A stretch of DNA of 37,628 nt, taken from NCBI GenBank assembly GCA_043728555.1, contig JAYTMM010000051.1, positions 1-37,628 on the forward strand, written 5' to 3'. Position numbers and translations under genes: made by a program. Below are positions 1 to 9,257 of this stretch, one piece after another. Position 1 is the first letter of the stretch, and every line of letters begins with the position of its first letter. The DNA is from Pseudobdellovibrionaceae bacterium. GTDB taxonomy: Bacteria > Bdellovibrionota > Bdellovibrionia > Bdellovibrionales > Bdellovibrionaceae. The notes below the pieces were generated by a model. It was not told the origin of the DNA. It made no database searches and saw only the letters and a program-made list of their open reading frames with translations.

Positions 1-408
1 ATCATTCAGACGGCTGATCTTGGACTCATTATAAAGAAATTAATTAAAAATGAAGCCGTAGATTTTAAACCGGATCCAGAAAGATATATTTTCATTGAAG
101 CACCAAACACATGGTCCGAAAAAGTCAGCTGGGCTCAATTTGCTATCTTAAAAAAACAAGACCTCTACATTGATAGCACAAAACCTGAAATTTATAATAC
201 ACTGACCGATCGTAGTGAACTGACAAATTTATTTTCCGAAAAAGAAACTGTATTCGTTCAGGCCAGATCTGAATTGTCCCTGATTCGAAAAACAAAAAAA
301 TTGTCGACTTTTCCGAATACAAAAATTAAAAAAATAATCACAACAGACCATTTAATAAATATCAACATTGGGCTGGAAAATATTTGGGGACTATCTCCCG
401 TTAATTAA
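1..408 (+). CDS. 3' part of a protein of unknown function (truncated by window start)
   Basis: Frame +1 is open from base 1 to TAA at 406-408 (135 codons, IIQTADLGL...ENIWGLSPVN*). It converges on the 401..985 gene. No diagnostic motif. Confidence 0.65.
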   Translation: MIQTADLGLIIKKLIKNEAVDFKPDPERYIFIEAPNTWSEKVSWAQFAILKKQDLYIDSTKPEIYNTLTDRSELTNLFSEKETVFVQARSELSLIRKTKKLSTFPNTKIKKIITTDHLININIGLENIWGLSPVN

Positions 409-985
409 AATCTGAAATTTCTACCGACCAAGAAGTCGCTTTTTCATCAAAATCCGAATGGATTTGTAACGAATCTAAATTTTTAACTGATATTGAACCC
501 GTTAGAACATGCGGTTCTCGGTCGATACCCAATAATGACACTGGTAACAAAATTTGATCATCTAAAAATTGTCCACCATGGCTGACGGAAATATTTTTTT
601 GATTTTTAGTAGCCCTGATTTCAAAACGACCTACTGTTGACCAGACAATTTCTTGTTGGCTTTTAAAAATAATCGCTAATTCAAAACCTTGCAAATATTT
701 TTCTTTATTTTCAGTTTTATAAATTACATCATTAGCTAATAAAATTGAAATGCGAACTTTGTTTGCCATCGAAGACAAATTTTCAATAAATTCAAACGGT
801 GTAGTGACTTCAAGGTCTGCATTCGCAGCTGATAAAAAGTGATTAATTTCATCAATCACTTTTTGATTTGCATCATTACCATTCCACGATCGTAAAAAAA
901 TATGCAGCTGATCATCTAATAAAGAATAAACTTGTGTGGCTGGAAACTTAAATTTGTCGCTGTGACCTGTTATTTGCGATTTCAT
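401..985 (-). CDS. Hypothetical protein, degenerate PP2C/PPM-like fold (probable pseudophosphatase)
   Basis: ATG at 985 overlaps the upstream TGA (TGATG coupling). The segment ISILLANDVIY...QGFELAIIF...IVWSTVGR resembles the PP2C pattern AN..I.....GTT......AhVGDSR, but the catalytic DG/GD aspartates are absent. Confidence 0.55.
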   Translation of the reverse strand: MKSQITGHSDKFKFPATQVYSLLDDQLHIFLRSWNGNDANQKVIDEINHFLSAANADLEVTTPFEFIENLSSMANKVRISILLANDVIYKTENKEKYLQGFELAIIFKSQQEIVWSTVGRFEIRATKNQKNISVSHGGQFLDDQILLPVSLLGIDREPHVLTGSISVKNLDSLQIHSDFDEKATSWSVEISDFN

Positions 986-3033
986 CAAAAAGTACCGTAG
1001 CGACGTAATTTAATAAATGCTTTCCGGTAATATTCGCCATCGTCCAAATCCAATTCAATAATTTTTTTCCATTTGTCTTTGGCTCCGGGGCGCGTGTCGT
1101 TTCCGTCGATGTGACCAAAATTTTCATCAATGACCGATTCTTGATACATCACCATCAGCTGCCGACGAAGCTCGTTTGTGTTTTTATCTATTTTTTCTTT
1201 CACAGTTTTATTTTCAGGATCATACACCAAGGCAGCACGTAATGCTAAAATACCATCTTTTAATTTACCCTGCTGTAAAAAAACATCTGCTTCTTTTAAA
1301 TTTTGCGCCGTTCGAGATTCAATTTTTTGTTCAATAAATGTAATTTTACTTTTTGCTTTAACTTTGATGTTCTTTGGATCTGGCAACGCTGAATTTACAA
1401 CTGCTTTATACGCTTTAATCGCCTTGTACGGAAAACCTTCAGCTTGAACTTTTTCGGCTCTGTCATATAAATCATCCAGACCTTTAACTTGGGATTGATA
1501 ATTTAATTCTTCGTCGGCTTTCATTTTTTTATCGTTCACAACTTTTTCGGCTTCGCCGATTAATTTTATATATTCATTATTTGTCGGGTCAATCAACGCT
1601 ATCGGAGCTAAACACGCCCGCATTTTTTCAACATCAACATCAGGACCGATTAATTTTTTACAAATTAAAACTGTTTCAGCAATTTTTTTTGCTTGTTCAG
1701 CTTTTTCTTTATCCAGACGTTCTTGCTCTTGCTGGCTGTATATTGTTTCAATGCTCGTTGTCGCTTCATCAAGAATAGATTTTGAATCCTGATAACCCGT
1801 TGGCAAAATCTGATGAATTTTATCAAGATTTTCTTTTACGAACGAATATTTTTGCTGAAGCATTGATTTCTGTGCCAAACTGTACAGATCTTTAATTGTT
1901 TTTTGTTCTTCGGGTTTTAATCTGGAAAATGGATCTGTGGAGTCCATATTGACGACTATTTTGGGCGGAGCAACAGGAGGATTTAAATATTCACTGGCAA
2001 AATAAGCACCACCCAAAAACAATAAAACCACCACTGCCATGAGCGGTTTATTATTTTTAAATTTTTGCCAACCTGTAAGCTGTGGTGGTATTGGATTTTG
2101 TTGAAAAGAATAAAATTGATTCGGGTCTTGAGAGTCCTGAGGCATACCCGTAAATGGGCCCGCATTTGGATCAAATTGTTGCTGATTCATTTGATCCACA
2201 TAAGGCTGATCAATATTTTGCAACATCATTGGATCATTCGGAACTTCATCTGGATTTATATATTCGTCTTGGTCATTAGGCGCAAACTCATCTGAATTTT
2301 CTTGAACCAATTGCAACGCAGGAATTTCAATCCGATCCATACGGTACTGAAAATTTGGATCATGTAATTCAAAATACATAATATTATCAAGAACGCTGAT
2401 CGAATCACCACTTTTTAAAGACTGTGGATCCGTCGATGAAATCGGGGAACCATTTAGAAAAGTTCCATTGACGCTACCTAAATCAATGGCCGTATAAATA
2501 CCATTCATTTTTCGAATTTCAAATTGTCTGCGACTCACGCGCTGATCAGGAATAATAATTTGGCACGAAGGATCTCGCCCCGCTGCCCATGTATCACCGA
2601 CCTCAAGCCGTAACATTTCACGAACATCACCTTTTGAATTCAGCATTTTGATATACGGCGTCTGCTGTGTGGCGCCTATGACTGTTCGTTCGTTTTCGCC
2701 GATTTCTGGCGCGGGCTGATCGGAAGCAATGTGCGATTCTGGCACATCTGAAAATTGAAAATCATACGGTGGAATTTGGAATGTTAATCCATGCTCAAGT
2801 TTAAAAGTTTCGATGCGTTGACCTTGTGAGTAAATTTCACCAAATCTCGATAAGGAAGCAACAACCCAATGGTTATCTTCGAATTTAACTTTAAAATGTT
2901 CTCGAGAAATTCCTTTTTCGGCTTGTAATCTGATATCGCAGTTTTCTTTGCGACCACCAATATATTCACGATCCGGATTTAGACCAATATCGCTGATCTG
3001 CGCACCACGAAGTGAAATTTTTAGTCTTGGCAT
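985..3033 (-). CDS. Double-FHA domain membrane protein with C-terminal TPR-like helical region
   Basis: FHA1 GGRKENCD..GISREH; FHA2 AGRDPSC..VSRRQF..GSVNGTFLNG. These are followed by a Q/D/N/P-rich linker, one TM (LMAVVVLLFLGGAYF) and TPR-like repeats (ALRAALVYDPEN). Confidence 0.88.
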   Translation of the reverse strand: MPRLKISLRGAQISDIGLNPDREYIGGRKENCDIRLQAEKGISREHFKVKFEDNHWVVASLSRFGEIYSQGQRIETFKLEHGLTFQIPPYDFQFSDVPESHIASDQPAPEIGENERTVIGATQQTPYIKMLNSKGDVREMLRLEVGDTWAAGRDPSCQIIIPDQRVSRRQFEIRKMNGIYTAIDLGSVNGTFLNGSPISSTDPQSLKSGDSISVLDNIMYFELHDPNFQYRMDRIEIPALQLVQENSDEFAPNDQDEYINPDEVPNDPMMLQNIDQPYVDQMNQQQFDPNAGPFTGMPQDSQDPNQFYSFQQNPIPPQLTGWQKFKNNKPLMAVVVLLFLGGAYFASEYLNPPVAPPKIVVNMDSTDPFSRLKPEEQKTIKDLYSLAQKSMLQQKYSFVKENLDKIHQILPTGYQDSKSILDEATTSIETIYSQQEQERLDKEKAEQAKKIAETVLICKKLIGPDVDVEKMRACLAPIALIDPTNNEYIKLIGEAEKVVNDKKMKADEELNYQSQVKGLDDLYDRAEKVQAEGFPYKAIKAYKAVVNSALPDPKNIKVKAKSKITFIEQKIESRTAQNLKEADVFLQQGKLKDGILALRAALVYDPENKTVKEKIDKNTNELRRQLMVMYQESVIDENFGHIDGNDTRPGAKDKWKKIIELDLDDGEYYRKAFIKLRRYGTF

Positions 3034-4196
3034 TAACGAATACCCTCTGAGGCCAATTTACATTTTTCAGCCATCGCAGTTGCCAGTTGATAATTTTGAT
3101 CGCTACTTTTGCCTTGGAGCATATTCAAGACTTGTTCATACAAAGATTGGCACATTCTGAAATTATGCTTCTGATAATAACTTTCTCCAAGCATTAATTT
3201 TGCTTTTAGGACCTCATCATAGCGAACTTTTGATAAATAAAGATGTCGTCTGGCCAGTTCGTGCCCTGATTGCAAATTTAATACGACCTGAAAAAATTCT
3301 TGAGCACGAGCATAATTCCCCAATTGAAAATCACGCATCCCTTTGATGAAATTTTCTTCGGCGCGCAAAGTTGTGGGCGAATTTTTTTGCTCGTAAAGTT
3401 TTTCAATTTTTTTCTGATTTTCTTTTTCACTTTTTGCATTTAATTTATTATTTACGTCATCTTCATATTTCAAAATTGTTTTTTTCTCTTCTGCTTTTTT
3501 CACAGCCGCAGATTGGGTGTTCAAATAAAAATAAGCCGCAATCACCAAACCGATAGCAATCAGTGCATAAAAACGCACTTTTGGATTCGCTAATGTCATA
3601 TCATTCTGTGCTGCTGCTTTTTGCTGAGCTCCCGCAGCCATCTGCGCCTGCATATGCATTTGATATTGTTGTTGCTGCTGACGTTGTTGCAATTGAATCT
3701 GCTGCATTTTTTGCTGCTGTTGCATTTGTTGGTTTGGCTTTGTGGCCACATTTTTATTTTGGACAGCTACAGATTTATTTGCGGCCAAAGGATTTGCAGC
3801 CGGCGCTGCCACCTTTACAACCTGCAACATTGGCGAAGCCGGTTTTGGTCGAACAGGCACAACACTTTGCCCTAGATCAAATTGAATTTGAAATTCTGTA
3901 TCGCCGACTTTAAATGTGCTGTCGTTAACCAGTTTCCACTTCTGAACACTTTCACCGGCAACTAAAATTGAATTTTTTTGACTTAAATTAATAACTTCAA
4001 CGTCGCCGCCAATGATAGCAACTTTTGCGTGCTGACGACTGATCAATGGATCATTTAATAAAACGATGTCATTTTCTGGGGCACGACCTATTGTGATTTC
4101 TTTTTTTGAAAATGAAAAACGCTGACCTGCATGTGGACCTTTTTGGATCACAAGCTTAATTTCAGTCTGCGTTTTCAGTTTCAATGCTGCTGACAT
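3033..4196 (-). CDS. FHA domain membrane protein with poly-Gln linker and TPR region
   Basis: FHA IGRAPENDIVL..ISRQH; Q/M-rich linker; TM FYALIAIGLVIAAYFYL; TPR GMRDFQLGNYARAQEFFQVVL. Confidence 0.88.
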   Translation of the reverse strand: MSAALKLKTQTEIKLVIQKGPHAGQRFSFSKKEITIGRAPENDIVLLNDPLISRQHAKVAIIGGDVEVINLSQKNSILVAGESVQKWKLVNDSTFKVGDTEFQIQFDLGQSVVPVRPKPASPMLQVVKVAAPAANPLAANKSVAVQNKNVATKPNQQMQQQQKMQQIQLQQRQQQQQYQMHMQAQMAAGAQQKAAAQNDMTLANPKVRFYALIAIGLVIAAYFYLNTQSAAVKKAEEKKTILKYEDDVNNKLNAKSEKENQKKIEKLYEQKNSPTTLRAEENFIKGMRDFQLGNYARAQEFFQVVLNLQSGHELARRHLYLSKVRYDEVLKAKLMLGESYYQKHNFRMCQSLYEQVLNMLQGKSSDQNYQLATAMAEKCKLASEGIR

Positions 4197-4199
4197 TTT

Positions 4200-5891
4200 T
4201 TATCCAGCCTCGATTTTTGCTAAGGTCATAAAATAATATTCAGGCTCGCCACCAGCACCTAAGTTGGCTTGAATTGAAATTGTACATTCAAATTGCGAAA
4301 ACGGAATTTTATCCGTGTGTTTTTCGTACGGCGATGCTTTTGCTCGCGCAATCAGAGCTTCGATATTTTGCATTAATGCTGGATCGATGATCGTATTGTA
4401 ATTTTGCTGAATCAAAGTTTCTTTGTTCATTTGTGATAACTGTTCAAATTGTGAATTCATCGCAATAACGATATCTTGGTTTGAAATAACAACTGCAGGT
4501 TGAGTCACGATTTCTAACATATTGATGTATTCCAAATCACGATTTTGTTGTGGCTTAGTTGAATCAGCATCGCTAACACCGTTCCACATTCGGTTTAAAA
4601 TCAAATTTACATTCGCAACAACTTTTTGAAATTCAGGATAATCAAATAAAACTTCGGTACGATCAGTTTTTTCACGTAGCGCTTGATCGATTTGCTGATT
4701 TAACGATGTCATCGGGTACTGAACTAATCTGGCAAAAATAAAATATAAAAATAAACCCAAAATGGATGCAATCAACAATGTCTGCATAAATAAACTGATT
4801 ATACGCCCCTGATCCACACCCAGCGAACTGATGTCATAATAAATAATCGCATGATATTTAATAACAGATTCGCCTGTGTTCGCATCATACACACCAATCG
4901 GATGCGTGGCTCCGATTGTATTTGAATCAATGACACCTACGGCAGATTTTGATTCTTTACGGGCCTGAGTAATAAACGGTTTCGAAGCTTCGCGCCCTGC
5001 TTTTTCAGACGGAGCAATAATTGCACCGTCTGATTGCTGAATGATAAAAGCTTCTTTGATGCCGTCTTCTTTCAGCGCATCTGAAACATTTATACTGCCT
5101 AATTGCCCTGACAATAAAGCAACTTCGTTCACTCTCGCTAATGCGCGGGCTACTGATCTTGCGCGTTTACTGGCTTCATTAAAATTAGATTCTTTTGTAA
5201 CGGTATTTAAGGGGATCAACGACAATAATGTCACGCCGATAATAAAAATTAAAATAAAGCCTAACAACACTTGTTTGAAAGGTAATAAAATTGATAACTT
5301 ATAAATCGCAGGCATAACGGCGCGTTCAATAAAAGCTTCCATTTTATCAGCCAATGAAGTGGCTGGTATTGCTGCTGTGGGTTGTTCGGAATTTGATGCT
5401 TGCGGCATTTGTTGATACATTTGCTGTTGCTGAAATTGCATTTGTGCATTTTGCTGAAAAGCATTTGCACCCTGCAATCCCCCTGGCATTCCAACATTGT
5501 ACATTTGTTGTTGCATCGCTGGATAAATTGGAGTTTGCAATTGCTGTTGTTGTCTTGGTGGTTGGGGCGTTCGAACCACAGGACTGGATTTCGGCCTGAT
5601 ATCTGGCGAAGGAATCACATCCATAATCACATCAAATAAACTGAGCTTATCACCCAAATGAACAATTGAATTTTGAATTTTAACGCCATTTACAAACGTT
5701 CCGTTACTGGATTTCAAATCAACAATCATCATCTTGTCTTTATAGACATGGATTTCACAGTGCTCTTTTGAAATACCTAACGACTGAATTTTCACATCAC
5801 AAGTTTGGGCACGGCCAAATGTATTTTTGCCAAGCTTTAAATCAAAAATTTGACCGGTCTGTGCGCCGGATAAAATTCTAACTGACCACAT
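4200..5891 (-). CDS. FHA domain protein with two TM segments, periplasmic domain and HAMP/PAS-like C-terminus
   Basis: Start moved to ATG 5891 (MWSVRILSG) because of an AGGAG SD upstream. Canonical FHA FGRAQTCD..ISKEH..SSNGTFVNG; Q-rich linker; 2 TMs; post-TM YPMTSLNQQID (HAMP-like); PAVVISNQDIVIAMNSQFEQL (PAS-like). Confidence 0.85.
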   Translation of the reverse strand: MWSVRILSGAQTGQIFDLKLGKNTFGRAQTCDVKIQSLGISKEHCEIHVYKDKMMIVDLKSSNGTFVNGVKIQNSIVHLGDKLSLFDVIMDVIPSPDIRPKSSPVVRTPQPPRQQQQLQTPIYPAMQQQMYNVGMPGGLQGANAFQQNAQMQFQQQQMYQQMPQASNSEQPTAAIPATSLADKMEAFIERAVMPAIYKLSILLPFKQVLLGFILIFIIGVTLLSLIPLNTVTKESNFNEASKRARSVARALARVNEVALLSGQLGSINVSDALKEDGIKEAFIIQQSDGAIIAPSEKAGREASKPFITQARKESKSAVGVIDSNTIGATHPIGVYDANTGESVIKYHAIIYYDISSLGVDQGRIISLFMQTLLIASILGLFLYFIFARLVQYPMTSLNQQIDQALREKTDRTEVLFDYPEFQKVVANVNLILNRMWNGVSDADSTKPQQNRDLEYINMLEIVTQPAVVISNQDIVIAMNSQFEQLSQMNKETLIQQNYNTIIDPALMQNIEALIARAKASPYEKHTDKIPFSQFECTISIQANLGAGGEPEYYFMTLAKIEAG

Positions 5892-6243
5892 GCAACTGGT
5901 CTCCTGCTTTGATATTCCATTTTTCAATGAAGCCTTCAGAACATTCAATAAATGAGTTGGATTTCCAGACTGGGCCGATAATTCGAAATGGCTTTACATT
6001 TGGGAAAATTTTTTCGACTTTATAGTTTTTATTGACGAAAATACAATCAATTGTAAATTTCATAAAAAAAGTATGAATATTATTACCAGGCCGAAACCAC
6101 AAAGCTCGGTTCATTGGTAAATTTTTTCGACCCAATAAACCTTTTGCGCGACCAAAAAACGAATCGATAATTTCTAAATTTTCAATCAGCAGCTCTGCTT
6201 TTTCATTGTTTAAATTTTTTGTAATTTTATAAAGTTTGGCCAT
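5878..6243 (-). CDS. DUF192 (UPF0127) family protein
   Basis: Motifs RAKGLLGR and IHTFFMKFTIDCIFVN. The likely start is ATG 6243, directly after the tadC stop. Confidence 0.88.
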   Translation of the reverse strand: MAKLYKITKNLNNEKAELLIENLEIIDSFFGRAKGLLGRKNLPMNRALWFRPGNNIHTFFMKFTIDCIFVNKNYKVEKIFPNVKPFRIIGPVWKSNSFIECSEGFIEKWNIKAGDQLHVVS

Positions 6244-6244
6244 T

Positions 6245-7153
6245 TTATTTACCACCATACATTGCAGATACTGCAACGGGACCAAAAACCATGATAAAAA
6301 CAGCAGGCAAAATAAATAACATCAACGGAATTAAAATTAACTGCGATGCTTGTGCGCCGGCTTTCTCTGCACGCACGAATCGCTCCATGCGCATTTGCAC
6401 AGACTGATCTTTTAAAACTTGTGAAATGCTGGCACCCGTGGCTTCGGCATCAATTAATACGGCAACGAAGCTGGTCATTTCTTGCATATCTAAACGTGCA
6501 GCTAATTCTTTCAGTGCATCTGTTTTTGAAGAGCCGATTTTAATATCTTTTAGAACAGTTTTAAATTCTTCAGCTAAAACAGAATCTTGACCTTCGGCTT
6601 TGTCGACAATTTTTTGAATAGCACCGAAAAAATCCAAACCTGCTTCGACGGATAAGGCCAACAGATCAATAAAAAATGGCATATCAATGCGCACTGATAA
6701 TTCACGATTTTTCTTTGAACCTTTGCAATGCATTTCTGGCATAAAAAATCCGACAAAACCAAGGCCGATCACCATGAATGGTGAAAATCCTAAATCTAAA
6801 GAAAAATTCATGATCAATAAAAATACGGGCATCGCAAAACCTAGAAAAATTTGTAGCCCAATAAATTCGTCTTCGTTCAATTCGCTGGATAATCCGCCGA
6901 CTTTTAATAAATGACGAATTTTTTTTCTGTATTTTTCAGATTTAATTTTTGATGCATGCTGCATTGTAAATTGATGCACTAATGGTCTGCATAAATTGAT
7001 CACGCCATTTTTTGATTTAATGGGTTCTGTTCCGCTGGCCCATGACAATTGGCTTTCACCAGGTTTACCCGCAAGTAACGAAGACAAAAATAAATACACT
7101 GCACCACCGGCTAATAATAAACCTGTGAACAACATTAATTCTGCGCTACCCAT
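6245..7153 (-). CDS. tadC: TadC-like type II secretion system F family (Flp pilus platform) protein
   Basis: DMPFFIDLLALSVEAGLDF...AEATGASISQVLKDQS...AEKAG..LILIPLMLFILPAVFI; GAGG SD. Confidence 0.88.
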   Translation of the reverse strand: MGSAELMLFTGLLLAGGAVYLFLSSLLAGKPGESQLSWASGTEPIKSKNGVINLCRPLVHQFTMQHASKIKSEKYRKKIRHLLKVGGLSSELNEDEFIGLQIFLGFAMPVFLLIMNFSLDLGFSPFMVIGLGFVGFFMPEMHCKGSKKNRELSVRIDMPFFIDLLALSVEAGLDFFGAIQKIVDKAEGQDSVLAEEFKTVLKDIKIGSSKTDALKELAARLDMQEMTSFVAVLIDAEATGASISQVLKDQSVQMRMERFVRAEKAGAQASQLILIPLMLFILPAVFIMVFGPVAVSAMYGGK

Positions 7154-7183
7154 TTAAACCTCGTTTCGGTATGATAAAAAAAT

Positions 7184-7798
7184 ATGAAAAAAATTTTAAT
7201 TCTTGCGTCGCAATCTCCGCGTCGTTTTGAAATTCTGAAAAATGCTCATTATTTTTTTATTCCTTTTCCAGTATATGTATCGGAAATTCCACAGATAAAT
7301 TTAAGTCTAGATAATCAAATAATTGATATTGCGACACGAAAAGCAATAGCCTGCCAGCAAACTTTCATAGACCTTGGTCCAGAGCATATAATCTTGGCTT
7401 CAGATACAATGGTCTGCATCGATCAGGTTGCACTTGGCAAGCCCGACGACGAAAATCAAGCCTTTGAATTTTTAAATTTACTGTCTGGTCGAGCTCATGA
7501 AGTTAAAACCGCAATTATTTTAATTGATCAAGAAACAAAAAAATTAGTGTCTCATATCGAGACAACCATAGTTGAGTTTCATAAACTGACTCAATCCGAA
7601 ATTTGGGATTACATCAAAACCAAAGAGCCCATGGACAAAGCCGGAGCCTACGCCATTCAGGGCATTGGTGCAAAATTTGTGAAAAGTTTTTCTGGAGAAT
7701 TCAATAACGTCGTCGGACTTCCCTTGCAAGCGCTTGAAAAACTATTCACAATCAATTCATGGCAGTTCAAACGCACAAGCTCTCAGCCGAATCCGTAA
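7184..7798 (+). CDS. maf: Maf family nucleoside triphosphate pyrophosphatase
   Basis: LILASQSPRR, ASDTMV, LGKP, LSGRAH, DKAGAYAIQG, NVVGLP. Confidence 0.95.
   Translation: MKKILILASQSPRRFEILKNAHYFFIPFPVYVSEIPQINLSLDNQIIDIATRKAIACQQTFIDLGPEHIILASDTMVCIDQVALGKPDDENQAFEFLNLLSGRAHEVKTAIILIDQETKKLVSHIETTIVEFHKLTQSEIWDYIKTKEPMDKAGAYAIQGIGAKFVKSFSGEFNNVVGLPLQALEKLFTINSWQFKRTSSQPNP
7277..7303 (-). promoter_or_regulatory. Putative sigma28 (FliA) promoter for the tadC-FHA operon, embedded antisense in maf
   Basis: The minus strand reads TAAA-N15-TCCGATAC, about 125 nt upstream of the tadC ATG. Confidence 0.55.
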
Positions 7799-8409
7799 GA
7801 AATCAATTACAAAAAAATCAAAATTTATTGGCCGTCAGCAAATTGCAACCCATTGAAAAAATTATCGAATTAAATCAACACGGCCAAATTCATTTTGGTG
7901 AAAATTATGTACAAGAGGCCTTGGATAAAATCGAAAATTTATCTACCACAAATATTCAATGGCACCTGATAGGCCCGCTGCAAAAAAATAAAGTTAAATA
8001 TCTGAAAAATAAATTTGCCTATATTCACTCGGTCGATTCATTTGAATTAGCAGAATTGATTTCAAAAAAATCTTCAGAAATCAATCATGTTCAAAAGGTG
8101 TTTATACAAATTAATTTATCCAATGAAGTTTCAAAATCGGGCTTTGATGAAATTTCTGTGAATGAACATTGGCAAAAACTGTCAGCGCTGATGGGGATTC
8201 AGCTCGTAGGTTTAATGACAATGCCACCGTTACAAAATAATCCTGAAGAAAATCGATTTTATTTTAAAAAATGTTTTGAAATTGGAAAAAAATTGAACCT
8301 GCATGAATTTTCAATGGGAACTAGTCATGATTATGAAGTCGCCTTAAGCGAAGGTTCAACATGGATCAGGCTGGGCACAATACTTTTTGGCGAAAGGATT
8401 TTAAAATGA
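7759..8409 (+). CDS. yggS: YggS/PLPBP pyridoxal phosphate homeostasis protein
   Basis: LLAVSK, FGENYVQEA, WHLIGPLQKNK, IHSVDS, GLMTMP, SMGTSHDY, IRLGTILFG. Confidence 0.97.
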   Translation: MAVQTHKLSAESVRNQLQKNQNLLAVSKLQPIEKIIELNQHGQIHFGENYVQEALDKIENLSTTNIQWHLIGPLQKNKVKYLKNKFAYIHSVDSFELAELISKKSSEINHVQKVFIQINLSNEVSKSGFDEISVNEHWQKLSALMGIQLVGLMTMPPLQNNPEENRFYFKKCFEIGKKLNLHEFSMGTSHDYEVALSEGSTWIRLGTILFGERILK

Positions 8410-9242
8410 CTCATCCGTTATTAAAAAGAATCAAAGTTGGTTTTATCGGAGCCGGGCACATGTCGCAAGCGCTGATCAAGGGTTTGATGGAATCAAAAAT
8501 TATTAAAAATGACCAATTGTTTGTGTCTAACCGCACGCCAGGTAAATTATTAAAATTACGTGAACTGTACAATATCGAAACCTATGATTTGAACGAACCG
8601 ATCGTTGAAGAATGTGACGTTGTAATTTTAGCAATGAAACCTCAAGATTTTCCAAAAGCCGTCGAAGAGATCAGTCAACATTTTCGCGACGAACAAATTA
8701 TTATTTCATTGGCTGCAGGAATTTCTGCGGATCAACTTGAAAAATTAATTCCACGCGGCCGCATCATGCGAGTCATGCCGAATACGCCGTCGCTCATTGG
8801 TCGCGGAGTCATCGGTTTATATTCGCAAACCGACGAAGAATCTGCGATCGATATCGTTCAAGATTTAATGTCCAGCCTGGGTTACGTTTTAACTGTCGAA
8901 ACCGAAGATCAATTTGATGCGCTGATGGTTTCATGTTCCAGCGGCACAGGTTTTATTTTTGAAATGATGATGTACTGGCAGGATTGGATCCAAGAACGCG
9001 GTTTCACAACCGAAGAAGCAAAGAAAATGACAATCGAAACTTTTTTAGGCGCGTCTATGTTGGCGGCACAATCGGTTGGTGTTGAAATTGAAAAACTACA
9101 ACAACGAGTCACATCACGCAAAGGTGTTACTGCCGCAGGACTTGATTCAATGCGCGAACTTGAAATTGAACGCGCATTACGAATTAGCTTTGAAAAGGCG
9201 TCAATGAGGTCGAAGGAAATTTCAAAGCAGAGTTTGGTTTAA
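8406..9242 (+). CDS. proC: Pyrroline-5-carboxylate reductase
   Basis: GFIGAGHM, AMKPQ, ISLAAG, RVMPNTP, VTSRKGVT. ATG 8406 overlaps the yggS stop (ATGA). Confidence 0.95.
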   Translation: MTHPLLKRIKVGFIGAGHMSQALIKGLMESKIIKNDQLFVSNRTPGKLLKLRELYNIETYDLNEPIVEECDVVILAMKPQDFPKAVEEISQHFRDEQIIISLAAGISADQLEKLIPRGRIMRVMPNTPSLIGRGVIGLYSQTDEESAIDIVQDLMSSLGYVLTVETEDQFDALMVSCSSGTGFIFEMMMYWQDWIQERGFTTEEAKKMTIETFLGASMLAAQSVGVEIEKLQQRVTSRKGVTAAGLDSMRELEIERALRISFEKASMRSKEISKQSLV

Positions 9243-9257
9243 ACCCTATCTACAAAA

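Noticed and set aside
3563-3913. Plus-strand Leu-rich or Ala/Val-rich ORFs (3563..3913, 3621..3875; also 5354..5639)
   Set aside because: These are antisense shadows of the poly-Gln codons in the FHA genes.
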